Shown in pieces: positions 8,386-10,087 of a stretch of 10,087 nt of DNA (within the stretch, counting starts at the first letter, position 1; each line of letters starts with the position of its first letter). The notes beneath the pieces are model-generated. The model had not been told where the DNA came from. It made no database searches and saw only the letters and a program-made list of their open reading frames with translations. The position numbers were made by a program, and so were the translations under genes. The DNA is from a virus (taxonomy: Duplodnaviria; Heunggongvirae; Uroviricota; Caudoviricetes), in the IMG/VR virus record IMGVR_UViG_2734482790_000005, positions 1-10,087 of that record; one strand, 5' to 3'.

Positions 8386-8959
8386 CATCCGGCGCGGTGC
8401 TGGTATCTGTTGCCGTCACCGCGTCAATGTAATCCAGCACAGTGTTAAGTCGGGAGGTCTCTGCCTGCATCAGCTCCCGCCCAGCCCGTAATTTCAGTTG
8501 AATCAGACTAATGGAAGCCATTGCAGTATCAATCAGTGACTGACGCTGTGCTTCTGCCGCGTCTACTGCGGCGTGATGCTGTGCCTCAGTATCGGTCACC
8601 CATTTCTCACCATCCCATTTATCGTATGGCGTTAATGGGGCGATAGTGGTTGTATTTTCGGGGTAATCACCCGGAGTTGTGATTTCTTTGGCGTCTCCCG
8701 TTTCGGTGTTATAGACGATTTCTCCGCGATGGTCTGGCACATATTCCCATGAGTTTAAATCCGCAGAGCGGCAGATGGCATAACCAGCTTTATATGTTCC
8801 TGGTGCATCTAAACAGGAACATGCCGGAATACCGACACCAACAGCAAGATATTCAGTTGATGTGGAAATATATTCTCGTGTTTCACCATTATAATTATAG
8901 ACAGTAATATCCCCCGCCTTCGTGGCAATAAACTCGCTATTTAATACGGCATTATCCAT
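8357..8959 (-). CDS. Tail fibre assembly protein, alternative (Mu U' / TfaE-like)
   Basis: 200 aa; N-terminus MDNAVLNSEFIATKAGDITVYNYNGETREYISTSTEYLAVGVGIPACSCLDAPG and C-terminal LDYIDAVTATDTSTAPDVIWPELPEE are typical of Tfa proteins; start overlaps the upstream stop in TAATG. Confidence 0.85.
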   Translation of the reverse strand: MDNAVLNSEFIATKAGDITVYNYNGETREYISTSTEYLAVGVGIPACSCLDAPGTYKAGYAICRSADLNSWEYVPDHRGEIVYNTETGDAKEITTPGDYPENTTTIAPLTPYDKWDGEKWVTDTEAQHHAAVDAAEAQRQSLIDTAMASISLIQLKLRAGRELMQAETSRLNTVLDYIDAVTATDTSTAPDVIWPELPEE

Positions 8960-9486
8960 TATGCAGCCCTCACGATGTAATTAAATGAAAGGTTACGAGG
9001 GCGCATTGATATCCATGCCCCGGTAAAATTATCCTCCGCTGTCCTTTGAGTACCCGTTATGGAGTTATCTGCTGATGCAGGAACATAATCGCTATTATTT
9101 CCTGCTTTAGGATTAGCTGGGTTTCCAACAGTTATAACAGAATCAGCAGTAGCAAAAGCGATACCTACTTTGACATTAGTATTCAGATCGTAACCGTAAT
9201 AATCCTGCAAAGCTGTACGAATAAATGTTGCAGCCTGACCACTTAGCAATGAACGCCCCGTATCAATCCCTCTAGAATCATCCCAGCCACGAATAAACTC
9301 ACCACGTAAATCAGGCAATTTATTTGTCGGGTAAGCCTTTGCCAGTACCGGGTATTCTTCAGCAGAAAAAGCTGCTCCGTTGCATTTCAGCCAGCCTGTT
9401 GGCGGAGTGGCGGAAGGCCACGGAACAGGCACACCAACGGGTAATGCCGAACCTTCTCCCAAACCAACCTTTTTTATAACCATCAA
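8959..9486 (-). CDS. Alternative tail-fibre C-terminal segment (S'v-like), silent in this orientation
   Basis: Contains tail-collar-like motif PVGVPVPWPSATPPTGWLKCNGAAFSAEEYPVLAKAYP. Its first codons (9468-9486) lie in fixed DNA outside the segment and have no SD, so it is not an independent gene; after inversion codons from 9465 downward would fuse in frame to the constant part 7283-7567. Confidence 0.75.
   Translation of the reverse strand: MMVIKKVGLGEGSALPVGVPVPWPSATPPTGWLKCNGAAFSAEEYPVLAKAYPTNKLPDLRGEFIRGWDDSRGIDTGRSLLSGQAATFIRTALQDYYGYDLNTNVKVGIAFATADSVITVGNPANPKAGNNSDYVPASADNSITGTQRTAEDNFTGAWISMRPRNLSFNYIVRAA
9454..9479 (+). other. Right crossover site for the serine invertase
   Basis: TTCTCCCAAACC AA CCTTTTTTATAA; core AA at 9466-9467 equals the left core TT when inverted; reverse complement TTATAAAAAAGG TT GGTTTGGGAGAA shares one identical half-site with the left site, the same arrangement as hixL/hixR. 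Confidence 0.8.
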
Positions 9487-9507
9487 AAATCTGGTGATGC
9501 TTCGCCG

Positions 9508-9534
9508 TTTCTCCTGTTTTCATAACAGGAGAAA
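9508..9534 (+). promoter_or_regulatory. Perfect 11-bp-arm palindrome covering the invertase ribosome-binding site
   Basis: TTTCTCCTGTT (9508-9518), spacer TTCAT, AACAGGAGAAA (9524-9534). The right arm contains AGGAG (9527-9531), 7 nt before the invertase ATG at 9539. No T-tract on either side, so not a terminator. Confidence 0.6.
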
Positions 9535-9538
9535 TCCC

Positions 9539-10087
9539 ATGATTTACGGTTATGCCCGAGTATCAACAAACCACCAGGACACTGAATTGCAACTAACGGC
9601 GCTCAAGTCAGCGGGTTGTGAGAAAATTTTTGAAGAGCATGCCAGCGGGAGGAAATCGAATCGGCCGGTTCTAAAACGGCTCATCGCCACTATGCAGCCG
9701 GGGGATGAACTGGTGGTCTGGAAGCTGGACAGGATAGGCCGCAACGTTCTGCATGCGCTGTTGATGTTCCAGCAGTTACAGGAAAAGGGTATCAACTTCC
9801 GCAGTATTACCGATGGCGTGGATCTCAAAACAGCCAGCGGCCGCTATAACTTTCGTAACATCCTTTCCGCAGCACAATATGAATCTGATCTTAATAGCGA
9901 ACGTACCTTAGCAGGGCTGGCCGTAGCCAGGGCAAAAGGGCGAGTTGGTGGTCGCAGGCCTAAGTTCACGGATGAGCAATGGCGGGAAATGGGGGAGCGG
10001 ATGGCAACCGGTGAATCACGACAAAGCGTATCAAAAACGTATGGAGTAGGGCTCTCAACTCTGTATAAAAAGTTTCCAGCTAGCTGA
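9539..10087 (+). CDS. Serine DNA invertase (Gin/Hin/Cin/Pin family)
   Basis: 182 aa; N-terminal GYARVST with the catalytic serine at residue 10, VVWKLDRIGR resolvase-family motif, GRVGGRRPK hinge and C-terminal helix-turn-helix (SVSKTYGVGLSTLYKK). Start 9539 preferred over 9380 in the track because of the SD and family length. Stop TGA at 10085-10087. Confidence 0.9.
   Translation: MIYGYARVSTNHQDTELQLTALKSAGCEKIFEEHASGRKSNRPVLKRLIATMQPGDELVVWKLDRIGRNVLHALLMFQQLQEKGINFRSITDGVDLKTASGRYNFRNILSAAQYESDLNSERTLAGLAVARAKGRVGGRRPKFTDEQWREMGERMATGESRQSVSKTYGVGLSTLYKKFPAS

Larger units (their letters stand above)
7568..9465. other. Invertible tail-fibre segment (G/P-segment-like), ~1.9 kb between the two crossover cores
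   Basis: Bounded by inverted 26-bp sites sharing 15 identical bp (TTGGTTTGGGAGAAG) in inverted orientation; contains two oppositely oriented fibre C-terminus + assembly gene pairs; adjacent invertase gene. Confidence 0.8.

Noticed and set aside
9481-9486. Start codons (TTG 9486, ATG 9483) at the head of the - strand fibre-segment ORF
   Set aside because: They sit in fixed DNA outside the invertible segment with no SD upstream; the open frame is a by-product of the symmetric crossover site, not an independent start.
7283-9486. Diversity-generating retroelement acting on the fibre C-terminus
   Set aside because: No reverse transcriptase gene and no template/variable repeat pair in the window; the variability mechanism here is site-specific inversion.
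9380-9538. Upstream extension of the invertase ORF to 9380
   Set aside because: Would run through the right crossover site and the fibre segment; ATG 9539 has an SD and gives the 182-aa length expected for this family.
1-10087. CRISPR array, tRNA or rRNA genes, prophage attachment site
   Set aside because: No spaced direct repeats, no cloverleaf-like tRNA candidate and no integrase or att-type repeat seen; the window is internal to the prophage.

Overview
This window is the distal part of a Mu-like / e14-like contractile-tail (myovirus-type) prophage morphogenesis module, all on the + strand, ending in a Gin/Hin/Pin-type tail-fibre inversion switch. In order: the 3' part of a probable tape-measure gene (truncated by the window edge); a 340-bp AT-rich insert carrying a strongly initiated but amber-interrupted small hydrophobic ORF and a strong intrinsic terminator; then DNA-circulation protein (Mu N-like), baseplate hub, spike, wedge, baseplate J-like and P2 gpI-like genes, four of them joined by ATGA stop/start overlaps; then a tail-fibre gene whose 3' part lies inside a ~1.9-kb invertible segment with two convergent tail-fibre-assembly genes and a promoterless alternative fibre C-terminus; finally a serine DNA invertase gene. 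I could map both 26-bp crossover sites by eye (cores at 7566-7567 and 9466-9467). The captured orientation expresses the 211-aa fibre; inversion would give a ~263-aa fibre with a different receptor-binding end. All family assignments are from motif recognition and gene order, with no database search run. I did not find an obviously new multi-gene system; the least-explained elements are the AT-rich insert, a perfect palindrome over the invertase ribosome-binding site, and an unassigned C-terminal domain on the tape-measure protein.
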